From: Nitrospirae bacterium UBA2233
GTDB lineage: Bacteria; UBA2233
Reading direction: 5' to 3'
Assembly: GCA_002347965.1 (NCBI GenBank)
Contig: DDYN01000057.1
Location: 11,365 to 75,364 of the forward strand
Length of the DNA stretch: 64,000 bases
In this document: positions 37,975-47,106 of the stretch, one piece after another
Layout of the letters: each line of letters starts with the position of its first letter
How positions within the stretch are numbered: the stretch's first letter is position 1
The notes under the pieces: generated by a model
Database searches by the model: none
Seen by the model: the letters and a program-made list of their open reading frames with translations, nothing else
What the model was told of the DNA's origin: nothing
Translations under genes and position numbers: made by a program

Positions 37975-38340
37975 TTAAAACCCGATTAGCGGCCTTTCGT
38001 TGCGCTCTTGCTCGGCCTTACACTCTATGCACAAATCAGTGACGGGCCTGGCTTTTAGCCTTTCTATGCCAATTTCCTGCCCGCAGTGGATACAAAGGCC
38101 GAAAGTACCCGTCTCGAAACGCTCGAGCGCCTCGTCGATCTTCTTGATGAGCTTTCGCTCCCTGTCTTTGATCCTCAAAATTGGGATCCGTCCGTCCTCG
38201 ATCTGGGCCCGGTCTGTGGGGTCGGAAGTTTGCCCCGGATCAAGCTGGCCCTTTTGAGAAAGCTGGTTCGCCCCTTCGAGGAGCTCCTCTTTCCATCGAA
38301 GCAACGCCTCTTTGAGCAAGAGCAGTTCTTTTGTGTTCAT
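37975..38340 (-). CDS. DksA/TraR-family C4 zinc-finger regulator
   Basis: C-terminal CIHCGQEIGIERLKARPVTDLCIECK. Confidence 0.8.
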   Translation of the reverse strand: MNTKELLLLKEALLRWKEELLEGANQLSQKGQLDPGQTSDPTDRAQIEDGRIPILRIKDRERKLIKKIDEALERFETGTFGLCIHCGQEIGIERLKARPVTDLCIECKAEQERNERPLIGF

Positions 38341-38364
38341 GACGTCTCCGTTCGTGTGGCCTCC

Positions 38365-38934
38365 TCAACCGCCTTCCAGGTAGCGGGCAAAGCCGTTTAG
38401 GTCCTCCAAAAACCGCCGCATGAGCCTTTGGTGGCTTGCTTGGTAGTATACGCGCCCACAGCCTGGGCATGTCCAGAAGCGTTCCATGTTCCTTGCGACA
38501 TGGGTAGGAATACGGCCGATCACCTGCCGCTTTGGAGTAACGAGGAGCCTGGCGTTGCATACGGTGCAAAGGCCTCCCATGACCCTAGTCGGCTCGAGAA
38601 ACTTAAGCAACGGGGCGATCTCGAGAAGCTGGTCGCGGACAACGTTGCTATGCAGGAGGTAGAATGCAACCGGGGGGCGTTGGAGAGTAAGGAGCCGGTC
38701 CTTCGTAACCAGCACGCGGCTTTCCCGGAGCGTGAGCGCGACAAGCTGCTCGTCTGGCCCTTTTGGGTAGTAGCGGGCATCGAAACGGAGGATTCTAAGC
38801 CACCTTGCAAGCCTTCCTAGCATCGTATCCAGCATTAGCCCGCCGTAGGAAGCCCGGTTCATCATTTTTCTGCCTATGTTCATGTCAATTTGGAGGCTCC
38901 TTTGATCATAGCAAAACTTTCTCGGCCTTGACAT
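38365..38934 (-). CDS. Mut7-C RNase-domain (PIN-like, DUF82) protein
   Basis: LGRLARWLRILRFDARY motif and a C-terminal CxxC...CPGCGRVYY zinc ribbon. The true start is probably internal. Confidence 0.5.
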   Translation of the reverse strand: MSRPRKFCYDQRSLQIDMNIGRKMMNRASYGGLMLDTMLGRLARWLRILRFDARYYPKGPDEQLVALTLRESRVLVTKDRLLTLQRPPVAFYLLHSNVVRDQLLEIAPLLKFLEPTRVMGGLCTVCNARLLVTPKRQVIGRIPTHVARNMERFWTCPGCGRVYYQASHQRLMRRFLEDLNGFARYLEGG

Positions 38935-39024
38935 TGTTTCCTGGGCGCGTTGTAGAATTTGGAGAGGACGAAAGGAGAGTTTGACGACTATAGCCTTACC
39001 TAAGGAAACAACAGGAGACCTTGT

Positions 39025-40068
39025 ATGCCCAAGCGTGTGGGAATTTTAACCGGCGGAGGCGATTGTCCAGGCCTAAACGCCGCCATCCGTGCCGTTGTTC
39101 GTAGGTTGCTTCCCGAGAACATAGAAACGATCGGCATTCTCAAAGGCTGGAAGGGGGCCTTGGAAAAAGAAACCATGCCTTTGGGCGTGGACGAGGTAGC
39201 GGGCATCCTGCCCAGAGGCGGAACAATCCTTAGGACTTCCAGGACAAACCCGTTGAAGCACGATGGCGGGCTGGAGAAAACCGTTAAAAACCTGGAAGGC
39301 CTGGGCATTGAAGCGCTCGTGGCGATCGGAGGGGAGGATACGCTCGGCGTGGCCTCCAAGCTGTTCGAGGCGGGGGTGAAGGTCGTCGGAATCCCGAAGA
39401 CGATCGACAACGACCTTTCCGGTACGGACATGACGTTCGGGTTCGACACGGCCGTTTCCATAGCAACCGAGGCGATAGACAGGATCCACACGACCGCCGA
39501 GTCGCACGACCGGGTCATGGTCGTCGAGGTGATGGGCCGCTATACCGGATGGATCGCCGCTTACTCTGGGATCGCGGGCGGGGCGGATGCCATCCTTATC
39601 CCCGAAGAACCGTTTTCGCTCGAAGAGGTCGTCAGAATCGTAAAAAAGCGTCACGAGCGCGGCCGGGATTTCAGCATTGTCGTCGTCGCGGAAGGCGCCA
39701 AGTTTGGCGATGTGGCCGAGAAGAACATGCTGGTCGTTCAAGACGCCCGGATGGACGAGTTCGGGCATGTCAAGCTTGGAGGGATTGGCAATGTCCTGGC
39801 GCGGGAGATAGAAGATCAGACAGGCTATGAAACCCGGGTTACCGTCTTGGGGCACATCCAGCGAGGGGGGACTCCGACGGCGTTTGACCGTGTCCTGGCC
39901 ACTCGGTTCGGGGTTTTCGCCGCAGGTCTCGTGTTGGACGGCAAGTTTGGGCACATGGCCGCGTTACGAGGGATGCAGATTGCGGATATTCCGCTGAAAG
40001 AAGCCACGGGCCAGGTTAAAAAGCTCGACAAGAAGATATTCGAGGTTGCGAAGGTCTTCTTCGGCTAG
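39025..40068 (+). CDS. pfkA: 6-phosphofructokinase
   Basis: GILTGGGDCPGLNAAIRAVV, GGEDTL and PKTIDND motifs. Confidence 0.9.
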   Translation: MPKRVGILTGGGDCPGLNAAIRAVVRRLLPENIETIGILKGWKGALEKETMPLGVDEVAGILPRGGTILRTSRTNPLKHDGGLEKTVKNLEGLGIEALVAIGGEDTLGVASKLFEAGVKVVGIPKTIDNDLSGTDMTFGFDTAVSIATEAIDRIHTTAESHDRVMVVEVMGRYTGWIAAYSGIAGGADAILIPEEPFSLEEVVRIVKKRHERGRDFSIVVVAEGAKFGDVAEKNMLVVQDARMDEFGHVKLGGIGNVLAREIEDQTGYETRVTVLGHIQRGGTPTAFDRVLATRFGVFAAGLVLDGKFGHMAALRGMQIADIPLKEATGQVKKLDKKIFEVAKVFFG

Positions 40069-40108
40069 CCTTCTTGTTTTTCGCAAGCAACGCAAGGTGG
40101 GGCATTTT

Positions 40109-40138
40109 GGAGGGTTACACGGCAAACCTCCATTTTTT
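40109..40138 (+). terminator. Rho-independent terminator of pfkA (GGAGG...CCTCC stem followed by TTTTTT)
   Basis: Read from the sequence. Confidence 0.6.
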
Positions 40139-40165
40139 AACAAGACAACGTTGAACCTTACAACA

Positions 40166-40194
40166 CGGGGCACGGAAATGTGAACCGTGCCCCG
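40166..40194. terminator. Perfect 10-bp stem hairpin (CGGGGCACGG-aaatgtgaa-CCGTGCCCCG) between convergent pfkA and the rhodanese gene; likely terminator for the minus-strand gene
   Basis: Read from the sequence. Followed on the minus strand by UGUUGU. Confidence 0.45.
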
Positions 40195-40224
40195 TGAAAA
40201 CGGCTGGTGCCTATTATCCGCCCA

Positions 40225-41517
40225 TCAATAAACCACGGGGAACCCGGCGGCCGTCCAGTTGGTCGTCCCGCCGATTAAGTCGTACACCTGCGTGAAGCCC
40301 TTATCGATGGCCATCATGGAAGCTTCCGCCCCCCTTGGCCCGTTGGCACACACAAAGCAGATCGGGGCGTTCTTGTCGAGCTCGCCGGAATCCAAAAACT
40401 GCTCGACGTCCTCACCGAGCTCGTGGAACTGGATCTTGGCAATATGCAGCCCGTTGTACTCGAGCGCACTGCGTACGTCCACGACGGTTAGGTTCGGATC
40501 CTCTCGCCATTTCTCGTAGAGTTGGCTTGCGATCCAAGAGTGCATGTACTTGCCCTGGATCCAGCCCGTATTGGCGTAGTTGACGATTCTGTTGACCATC
40601 TCGATCAACGTGGGCCCGAAGTTGGGCGCTGGTACCCAGTTTTCGGAATCCGGCGTAGACCCGCCGATCGCCCGGTTGATGCCGGCGGCCCTTCCTTGAA
40701 CGCCAAGGAACGTGTTCAGCGTTTGCTCGGCAAGAGCTTGGTCTTTGGTGTTGACGATTTTTGCGGATTTTTTGAAAACAAGGTCCGGATAGGCATCGGC
40801 TAGGCTAGGAGCGCTTTGGTAGCCGAAGGCATCCTCTGACTGGGCCACAATTTGGCCTTTTTGGTAGACAACCGGCGCTTGACCCTTGGTCACATCAACG
40901 CCTTGCAAAGACAAGGGCATGCCGGCCCCGATCCATTCTCCGATGCCTGAATTCAGGTAGTAAACGTTGTCGTAACCATACGTAACCGTATGGTAGCCCG
41001 CTACAAGGGCTCGAATCCCTCAAGCACAGATGAGAATTTCTGGCTTGTCGGGGTCGAGCCTGCCCGATTTCACGAACTCGTCGTACTCAGAAAGCGGGAC
41101 GTTGATAGAGCCCGGGATGTGCATGCCGTCGAACTCGGCCTTGGAGCGTATGTCAACGATCTGAACCTCTTGGCTTGACATCATCCTGCGCATCTGGGCC
41201 GCCGTTACCGGGTTTGCCGTTACGCCCTCGAGCTTTAGCTGTAAGGGCGGAATCGCGCCCTCCATCCAGTAGCGCATGCCTCCCATCAGGTACATGAAGA
41301 ACGCGCCCACGTCGGTCGTGGCGATCTGGTTGGGCGTGAAGGAGAACATGTTGCCCGCCAAGGGCACGAACAAGTCGGCCATCGGCTGGGTCAAGCCCCG
41401 GACCATCAAGTCGTTCCTCGTTACCTCGTGGGCGTTTGCTTTGGTCCCCACAAACGGGGCTGCGCTAAAGATAAGCGGCAGGCCTAAGGCCAGCGCCTTG
41501 AACCATCGCTTTCGCAT
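40225..41517 (-). CDS. Secreted two-domain rhodanese-like sulfurtransferase whose single reading frame is interrupted by an in-frame TGA at 41020-41022 (+ strand coordinates) inside the first CX2GXR loop; pseudogene, recoding or sequencing error
   Basis: Track ORFs 41020..41517 and 40225..40920 are in the same frame. Manual translation across the gap reads ...PEILICA*GIRALVAGYHTVTYGYDNVYYLNSGIGEWIGAGMPLSLQG... Domain 2 has an intact CANGPR loop. Confidence 0.6.
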
Positions 41518-41546
41518 GGCTCCTCCTTATTTTGGTTGATTCTTTC

Positions 41547-41678
41547 CTACACCAGGCTTGTCAGCGAGGTGCTGGTAGCCGGGAAAGAGTTCGACAAAAG
41601 ATGCACGAACGCGTTCAGAAAGGCATTTAAGAGCTCGCTCAAGAGTCCAGGGTCGATCGGGGCAGGTTGGAATCCCAT
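41547..41678 (-). CDS. Small 43-aa peptide (MGFQPAPIDPGLLSELLNAFLNAFVHLLSNSFPATSTSLTSLV), second gene of a two-peptide operon
   Basis: ATG at 41678 preceded by AAGGAGG at 8 nt; TAG stop. Confidence 0.45.
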   Translation of the reverse strand: MGFQPAPIDPGLLSELLNAFLNAFVHLLSNSFPATSTSLTSLV

Positions 41679-41685
41679 AGAAAAC

Positions 41686-41826
41686 CTCCTTATTTCAGCC
41701 CATTAAACTAGTAATCGGGCTCGTCAAAAACCCAGAGAGCTGATCGCTCACACCAAGAAGCCCGGGCAAGCTCGGGGCCAGGTTGTTGACGAAGAACTCG
41801 TAGACCGTGTTCAGGAACTCGGCCAT
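41686..41826 (-). CDS. Small 46-aa peptide (MAEFLNTVYEFFVNNLAPSLPGLLGVSDQLSGFLTSPITSLMG), first gene of a two-peptide operon
   Basis: ATG at 41826 preceded by AAGGAGGTG at 7 nt; TGA stop. Paralogous to the peptide downstream and to the 91-aa gene at 31370..31645. Confidence 0.45.
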
Positions 41827-41865
41827 ACCATTCACCTCCTTTTAGGCTTGTTTATTATTGTATGA

Positions 41866-41894
41866 AGCATACTAAAATTGCACGTTTCTGTCAA
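41866..41894 (-). promoter_or_regulatory. Sigma70-type promoter (TTGACA-17 nt-TATGCT) driving the two-peptide/rhodanese operon
   Basis: Minus-strand read: TTGACAgaaacgtgcaattttagTATGCT, about 35 nt upstream of the first peptide ATG. Confidence 0.5.
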
Positions 41895-42288
41895 AGTATC
41901 GCCGTAGAGTATCCAGTTGGCTCGACAAGGCATGGAAGGATTACGTTGAAGGACGGGTTTTGTTCGGACGAACGATCGTCAAAAGGCCTATCGTCCTCCC
42001 GCTCGGAGATACGGGAAAACACCGCCACCCTTACGCACCCTGTAGAAATGGATGGATACGAGCGCGACGATCACCAGCGGCAACAGGACAATATCAAGCA
42101 CATAGAAGCGGACAGGCGCAAGCGGGCGATGGCAACCGACAGGCCTGGCGTGATCATCGTAGTGGACTACGAAAAACGCATCGGCTGCAAGTACTTTATC
42201 GTTCCATGCCCTTACGGGGCGCGCTTGTCCGCAAAGGGGAGTTCTTCACGGGGAATTGGTAGTTTTCACTTTCTTTTTCTTCCGCTCC

Positions 42289-43788
42289 CTAGGTCTTTGC
42301 CGTCACTTCCTGGCTAGCTCGGCTCCTCCCGGCCCTGTCTGTGACGCGGACCTGGTAGGTATGGGCGGCTTCCTTGGCAAGAGCGTCCGTCACGAAGAAT
42401 GGCTCTAGGCTGGTTTGAGGGGCTGCCTGAACCCGTTTGAAAGGCTTGCCGTCTTTCAGGACCTCGTAGAAAGCAAGCGGCTCGTCGCCGGCGTATGCGG
42501 TATCCCAGAAAATGCGTACATCCAGGTCTTTCTTGCCGTAAGGCATGTCCAGCTCGACCCTCACGTTCTTGGGCGCGCTAAGCCCTTCGTAGGGCCTTTG
42601 GAAGTAGTTCGTCGTCTTGCCCAGCGCATCTTTGGCCCGGCCCTCGATTGCGCGCAGTTCGGCTTCGGAGAGCGGCCCTTTGAGTTGCGAGGCCTGGATG
42701 TTGGCCAGCAGTTGCCGCTCGTTGCCGATCCCCATGATCGCCGTATCCACGCCGGGGATGCTCAAGGAATACCGAACGGCTAGCTTCGAAGGAAAGGCAT
42801 CGGACCCGATTGCGTGGACGACGTCCGAGGGCGCGCTGGAAAATCTTGGAGTCTTGCCGTAGAACGCCCCATCCGCAAACACCTTCATGGCGATGACTCC
42901 CATCCCCTTGGCCTTAGCAAGCGGAATGGCGTTGTACTGGTGGTTGAAGTAGAGCCTGTCGTTTGCGTTGATCGCGACAAGGAGCGTATCGAGAATCCCT
43001 CGGGAATCCTTTTGCATGGCGTACATGTGGGCTGGCGAATTCCAGTGTCCCGTAATGCCTATATGCCCGATTAGCCGCTCGTTGCCAGGGTTGAACCCCG
43101 TGCGGTTCGTCCCGTCGCGCAAGTCTAAAAGCCCCGCGAGCGCGCCAACAGGTCCCGCCTTGGGGTCTGGGTTCTCCAAGCCGGCATAGATCGCATCGAC
43201 ATGCTCAAAGCTCTGGATGTTGTGGACCTGAACAAGGTCCAGGTAGGAACCTTTAGGGTAATTGCCCTTGCCATCCCCGAAGATTAAAGAGAGCGAACGC
43301 TTGACATCGTCTATGGCGCCCCTGACGCTTTCTCCGTTCGAACGCGAGCCCGGGCCCAGGTCGCCTTCGAACGGCGCCGTATAGCGCATCATCGTCTTAG
43401 TTGCTAAAAAGATTTTGCGCCTCATGGGTTCGTTGTAGACTGGCTTACCGGGGATCAGGTCGAGCTTTTTAAAGGCCTTGCCGAAGTTTGCCTGGCTTGG
43501 ACCGTAGACGTTCGAGGTGTCGAGGTAGGTCGTACCGAGCATGATCGCCTTCGCGATGAGCGCCACGGGGTCGATCCCCTCGGGCGTCCACTGGAGCGAG
43601 GCTTGGCCGCCCAAACCAAATGTAGTAACGGCTCGGTTCGTTTTTCCCAGCGTTCGGGCAACTAGCGCCCTTGGCCCCTCTGTCGCCGAGGCGATTCCCC
43701 CGAAGAGGTCCCATGGCCTAGCGACCAGGACCGTTCCCAGTCCCAAGCCGTATCCAAAAAACTTCCTCCTTGGCATTCCCTTGCCCAT
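42289..43788 (-). CDS. Aldo/keto reductase-family oxidoreductase with a Tat signal, plus a C-terminal extra domain
   Basis: Twin-arginine motif MPRRKFFGYGLGLG. AKR core segments (GTTYLDTSNVYG...). Confidence 0.65.
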   Translation of the reverse strand: MGKGMPRRKFFGYGLGLGTVLVARPWDLFGGIASATEGPRALVARTLGKTNRAVTTFGLGGQASLQWTPEGIDPVALIAKAIMLGTTYLDTSNVYGPSQANFGKAFKKLDLIPGKPVYNEPMRRKIFLATKTMMRYTAPFEGDLGPGSRSNGESVRGAIDDVKRSLSLIFGDGKGNYPKGSYLDLVQVHNIQSFEHVDAIYAGLENPDPKAGPVGALAGLLDLRDGTNRTGFNPGNERLIGHIGITGHWNSPAHMYAMQKDSRGILDTLLVAINANDRLYFNHQYNAIPLAKAKGMGVIAMKVFADGAFYGKTPRFSSAPSDVVHAIGSDAFPSKLAVRYSLSIPGVDTAIMGIGNERQLLANIQASQLKGPLSEAELRAIEGRAKDALGKTTNYFQRPYEGLSAPKNVRVELDMPYGKKDLDVRIFWDTAYAGDEPLAFYEVLKDGKPFKRVQAAPQTSLEPFFVTDALAKEAAHTYQVRVTDRAGRSRASQEVTAKT

Positions 43789-43797
43789 GGCACCCTC

Positions 43798-44646
43798 CTA
43801 TGGAGTTGGATCGTAGGCTTCAAAAGCGACGACGACGAGCGTGATGTTGTCGTGTCCCCCCCGGGTGTTGGCCATGTTTACGAGCTCCGTGGCGATAAGG
43901 GGAGCAATTCTGAGCCTGTTGGCCACGTAGGCAACCTCGCTCGGAGGAACGAGATCGCTAAGGCCGTCCGAACAAAGGACCAGGCAGCCCTCTCTAGGGA
44001 TCTCGAACACGCCCGTTTCGGGCTCGATCGTATCGGGGGGCGAGATGCCGAGCGCCTGGATAAGCACGCCCGTTGCCGGGTCTTCCTGCTCGTGGGCTAG
44101 CTTTATAGCCCCCGTTTCGTCTACCCAAAGCATGGCAGAATCTCCGACGTTCAAAAAAACGACTGCGTCGCCAACGACAAGCGCCAACACGAGCGTCGTC
44201 CCCATCATCCAAGCGGGCCTTTTGCGCCCAAGAGATATGTTTTCTTTGTAAATCTTGTAGGCAAGCCCAAAGCAAACCCTTCGGATGCGGTTGCCCACGC
44301 AAGCGGGAAGGCCCGGCTCTGGGCCTTTGAATACATCGAGGGGCTTGAGGAGAGCGTCGAGCAAAGGACGCTGAAGCTTGTTCGCTACCAAAGGCCGACT
44401 TGGTTCAGTGTCACCGAGCAGCGGGAACACCTCGGAAACCGGAAGGCCCTCTAGGTACTCCTGCCCCAGAATGGCGGCGCGCTCACCCTCGGGGTGCCCC
44501 CCAAGCCCGTCTAGCACGGCGTAGAGCCCAAGCGGCAGGATACGACTACCGTCGTCGAGCGTTCGAACAACGTATCGGTCCTCATTTTTCGCCCTGCGCT
44601 TGCCTTGGTCTGTCAAGCAGCTCGTCTGGATGCGAAACCGTTTCAT
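43798..44646 (-). CDS. PP2C-family Ser/Thr protein phosphatase
   Basis: KNEDRYVV and AVLDGLGGHPEGERAA metal-binding motifs. Confidence 0.8.
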   Translation of the reverse strand: MKRFRIQTSCLTDQGKRRAKNEDRYVVRTLDDGSRILPLGLYAVLDGLGGHPEGERAAILGQEYLEGLPVSEVFPLLGDTEPSRPLVANKLQRPLLDALLKPLDVFKGPEPGLPACVGNRIRRVCFGLAYKIYKENISLGRKRPAWMMGTTLVLALVVGDAVVFLNVGDSAMLWVDETGAIKLAHEQEDPATGVLIQALGISPPDTIEPETGVFEIPREGCLVLCSDGLSDLVPPSEVAYVANRLRIAPLIATELVNMANTRGGHDNITLVVVAFEAYDPTP

Positions 44647-45550
44647 GCCTGGAGAGGGTCAAGCCCGAGCGCCCGAACCATCCGAAGCGTCCTTGAGCCC
44701 TCTTGCCCCTTTGCCGTAAGGTAATCACCCAAGAAGGCCGAATCGGCAACGAGAAACCCGATAGGTTCGAGCGCGCCTAAGTGCAGCTCCCTTCCCGCCG
44801 CCAAACGGACCTCGGTAGCGGGCAAAAGAAGGCGGACAACGCATAGCACGCGAAGGCATTGTTCTGGGTTAAGAGGCGGCGCACCCTCCAGCGGCGTTCC
44901 CGGGATGGGGATCAAAAAGTTCACGGGGATCGCATCCGGCTTGAGTTCTGCAAGGTCTTGTAGCAACCCCGCGAGCTCTTTTAGACTCTCGCCCAGCCCT
45001 ACGATGAACCCGCAGCAAAGCTCGAGCCCTCTTTCCTTGACGCGCCTTGCCATTTGGAGCCTGTCTTCGTAGGTATGGCTCGAGCAGATCCTTGGGTAGA
45101 CCTCTCTTGGGGCGTTGAGGTTGTGGTTGATGCGGTCGAGCCCGCAGGCCTTTAAAAAATCGAGGGCGGCATCGTCTAGAAAGCCCGAGGAAAAGCAGGT
45201 CTTGAGGCCGAGGTCGCGCGCCATGAAAGAAACGGCCTCCCCAACCACTCGCAAATCGGCCTCTACGGCACCCCGCCTGGCGATCGCCATGCAGAAGCGG
45301 TAAGCCCCGCTTGCCTGCGCCTCTTTGGCGCCGGCGATGAGCTCGCTTGCCTTGAGCGGCGCCGAGGGCGTGACGGGCGTAGGGAACTTAGATGACTGGC
45401 CGCAGTAGGAGCAATCCTCGCTGCATCCGCCCTTCTTGGCGTTTTCTAAGACATGGAGCTTGAAGCTGTTCCCAAAGTGCGCCCTCCTTAACCGGATAGC
45501 CTCTTTGAGGATGGGCTTGAGCGGCGTTTTTGGGTCCAGGAGGTTTTCGA
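44643..45550 (-). CDS. bioB: Biotin synthase-like radical-SAM protein; 5' end uncertain because the open frame runs into tRNA-Leu
   Basis: CSEDCSYCGQS radical-SAM motif and INHNLN...GFIVGLGES BioB-like core. No canonical start codon was found downstream of the tRNA 3' end. Confidence 0.7.
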
Positions 45551-45556
45551 TAAAGC

Positions 45557-45644
45557 TGGTGCCGAGGGCCGGAATCGAACCGGCACGGAGGAATCCCCCG
45601 AGGGATTTTAAGTCCCTTGCGTCTACCTGTTCCGCCACCCCGGC
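45557..45644 (-). tRNA. tRNA-Leu (anticodon TAA), class II long variable arm, CCA encoded
   Basis: Manual fold: acceptor GCCGGGG/CCUCGGC, anticodon arm AGGGA-CUUAAAA-UCCCU, T-arm CCGGUUCGAUUCCGG. Confidence 0.85.
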
Positions 45645-45663
45645 AACCTCCCGTTTTGTTCGT

Positions 45664-47106
45664 CTACACGGCGGCGTATTGGAGCCTGAGCCCCTTTTTG
45701 GCCACGAGATAGTCGTGAATTCCCTTAGCCGCGACCTTTGCCTGCCCCATTGCAGAAATAACGGTCGAGCCTCCCGTAATGACGTCTCCCGCCGCGAACA
45801 ACCCCGGGATAGAGCTCATGCCCGTTTCGGTGTTCACGACGACGATGCCGCTTTTGGTCAGTTCGAGCCCGGGCGTCGAGCGGGTAACCAAGGGGTTGAT
45901 GTCGCAGCCGAGCGCTATGATCGCCGTATCGCACTCTATGGTCCAGTTGGAACCCTCGATCGGGATGGGCCGGCGCCTACCCGAGCTATCCGGCTCCCCC
46001 AAGGCCATTTCCATCACCTCGATCGCCTTGAGCTTGTAATGGCTATCCCCGATGAATCGAACAGGGTTCGTTAAAAAGCGTGTCTTGACGCCCTCTTCTT
46101 CGGCGTGATGGAGCTCTTCTACCCTGCAGGGCGCCTCGGCCCGTGAACGCCTGTATACTAGCGTGACCGCCTCGGGCTGAAGCCGGATGGAAGTCCTGGC
46201 CCCGTCCATGGCCGCGTCGCCGGCGCCGATAACGACGATGTTCTTTCCGTACTCGATCGGCGTTGCATAGTCCGGGAACAAATCCGCCCGCATGAGGTTA
46301 AGCCTCGTTAGCCATTCGTTGGCCGAGTAGACGCCCACAAGGTTCTCGCCCGGAATTCCGAGCATTTTTGGAAGCCCCGCACCCGTTCCTAGCAAGATAG
46401 AATCGTAGCCCATCTTAAAGATGTCTTCGATACTCAGGGCCTTGCCGATGACGGCGTCTTTGAATATCTCCACGCCAAGGTATTCGAGCGCCTTCAGCTC
46501 GGACTCGATGACGTCCGAAGGAAGGCGAAACCGCGGGATGCCATAGTATAGAACGCCGCCAGGCTTGTGCATCGCTTCAAAAAGCGTCACCCGGTGGCCC
46601 AAGCGGGCAAGCTCGAAGGCGCCAGTGATGCCGGCCGGGCCGGACCCCACGATCGCCACGCTGCAACCGGTCGAAGCACCCGGCTTGGGGAGCTCAACAC
46701 GCCCGGAGAGCCTCTCGAAATCGGCCACGAACCGCTCGATCTTGCCGATGCTCACGGGCTCTCCGCGCTTTCCGATCACGCAGGACTGTTCGCATTGCTT
46801 TTCTTGAGGGCAGACCCTTCCGCATATGGCGGGCAAGATGTTCTTTTCTTTCAAAACGTGGGCCGCCTCGAGAATCGCGCCTTCGCCCACCAATTTGACG
46901 AACCTAGGAATGTCGATGCCGACAGGGCAGCCCGCAACGCAGGAAGGCTTCGGGCATTCGATGCAACGGAGCGCCTCCTCTTTGGCCTCCTCGAGGCCAA
47001 ACCCAAGGCACACCTCCTCAAAATTTCGGCTTCGAACCTCTGGCGGCTGCTCTGGCGCCTTGTGGCGCGGAATCTTGATGCGATCTTTTATGCTTAGGCC
47101 TGACAT
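45664..47106 (-). CDS. GltD-family NADPH-dependent FAD/[Fe-S] oxidoreductase (NfnB/SudA-like large subunit)
   Basis: N-terminal Cys clusters (CIECPKPSCVAGCPVGIDIP) and two FAD/NAD Rossmann motifs (VAIVGSGPAG; VVVIGAGDAAMD). Confidence 0.8.
   Translation of the reverse strand: MSGLSIKDRIKIPRHKAPEQPPEVRSRNFEEVCLGFGLEEAKEEALRCIECPKPSCVAGCPVGIDIPRFVKLVGEGAILEAAHVLKEKNILPAICGRVCPQEKQCEQSCVIGKRGEPVSIGKIERFVADFERLSGRVELPKPGASTGCSVAIVGSGPAGITGAFELARLGHRVTLFEAMHKPGGVLYYGIPRFRLPSDVIESELKALEYLGVEIFKDAVIGKALSIEDIFKMGYDSILLGTGAGLPKMLGIPGENLVGVYSANEWLTRLNLMRADLFPDYATPIEYGKNIVVIGAGDAAMDGARTSIRLQPEAVTLVYRRSRAEAPCRVEELHHAEEEGVKTRFLTNPVRFIGDSHYKLKAIEVMEMALGEPDSSGRRRPIPIEGSNWTIECDTAIIALGCDINPLVTRSTPGLELTKSGIVVVNTETGMSSIPGLFAAGDVITGGSTVISAMGQAKVAAKGIHDYLVAKKGLRLQYAAV

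Noticed and set aside
40950-41019. Possible bacterial SECIS downstream of the rhodanese TGA
   Set aside because: Only short hairpins (5-7 bp stems) are visible by eye. No convincing ~40-nt stem-loop with an apical GU-containing loop at the canonical 11-nt spacing was found. Kept as a test under the TGA finding and not called as a feature.
41862-42317. 151-aa plus-strand ORF across the AT-rich region upstream of the peptide operon
   Set aside because: It overlaps the minus-strand promoter and the 5' end of the AKR gene, has no SD and a low-complexity sequence. Judged to be a chance ORF in an AT-rich intergenic region.
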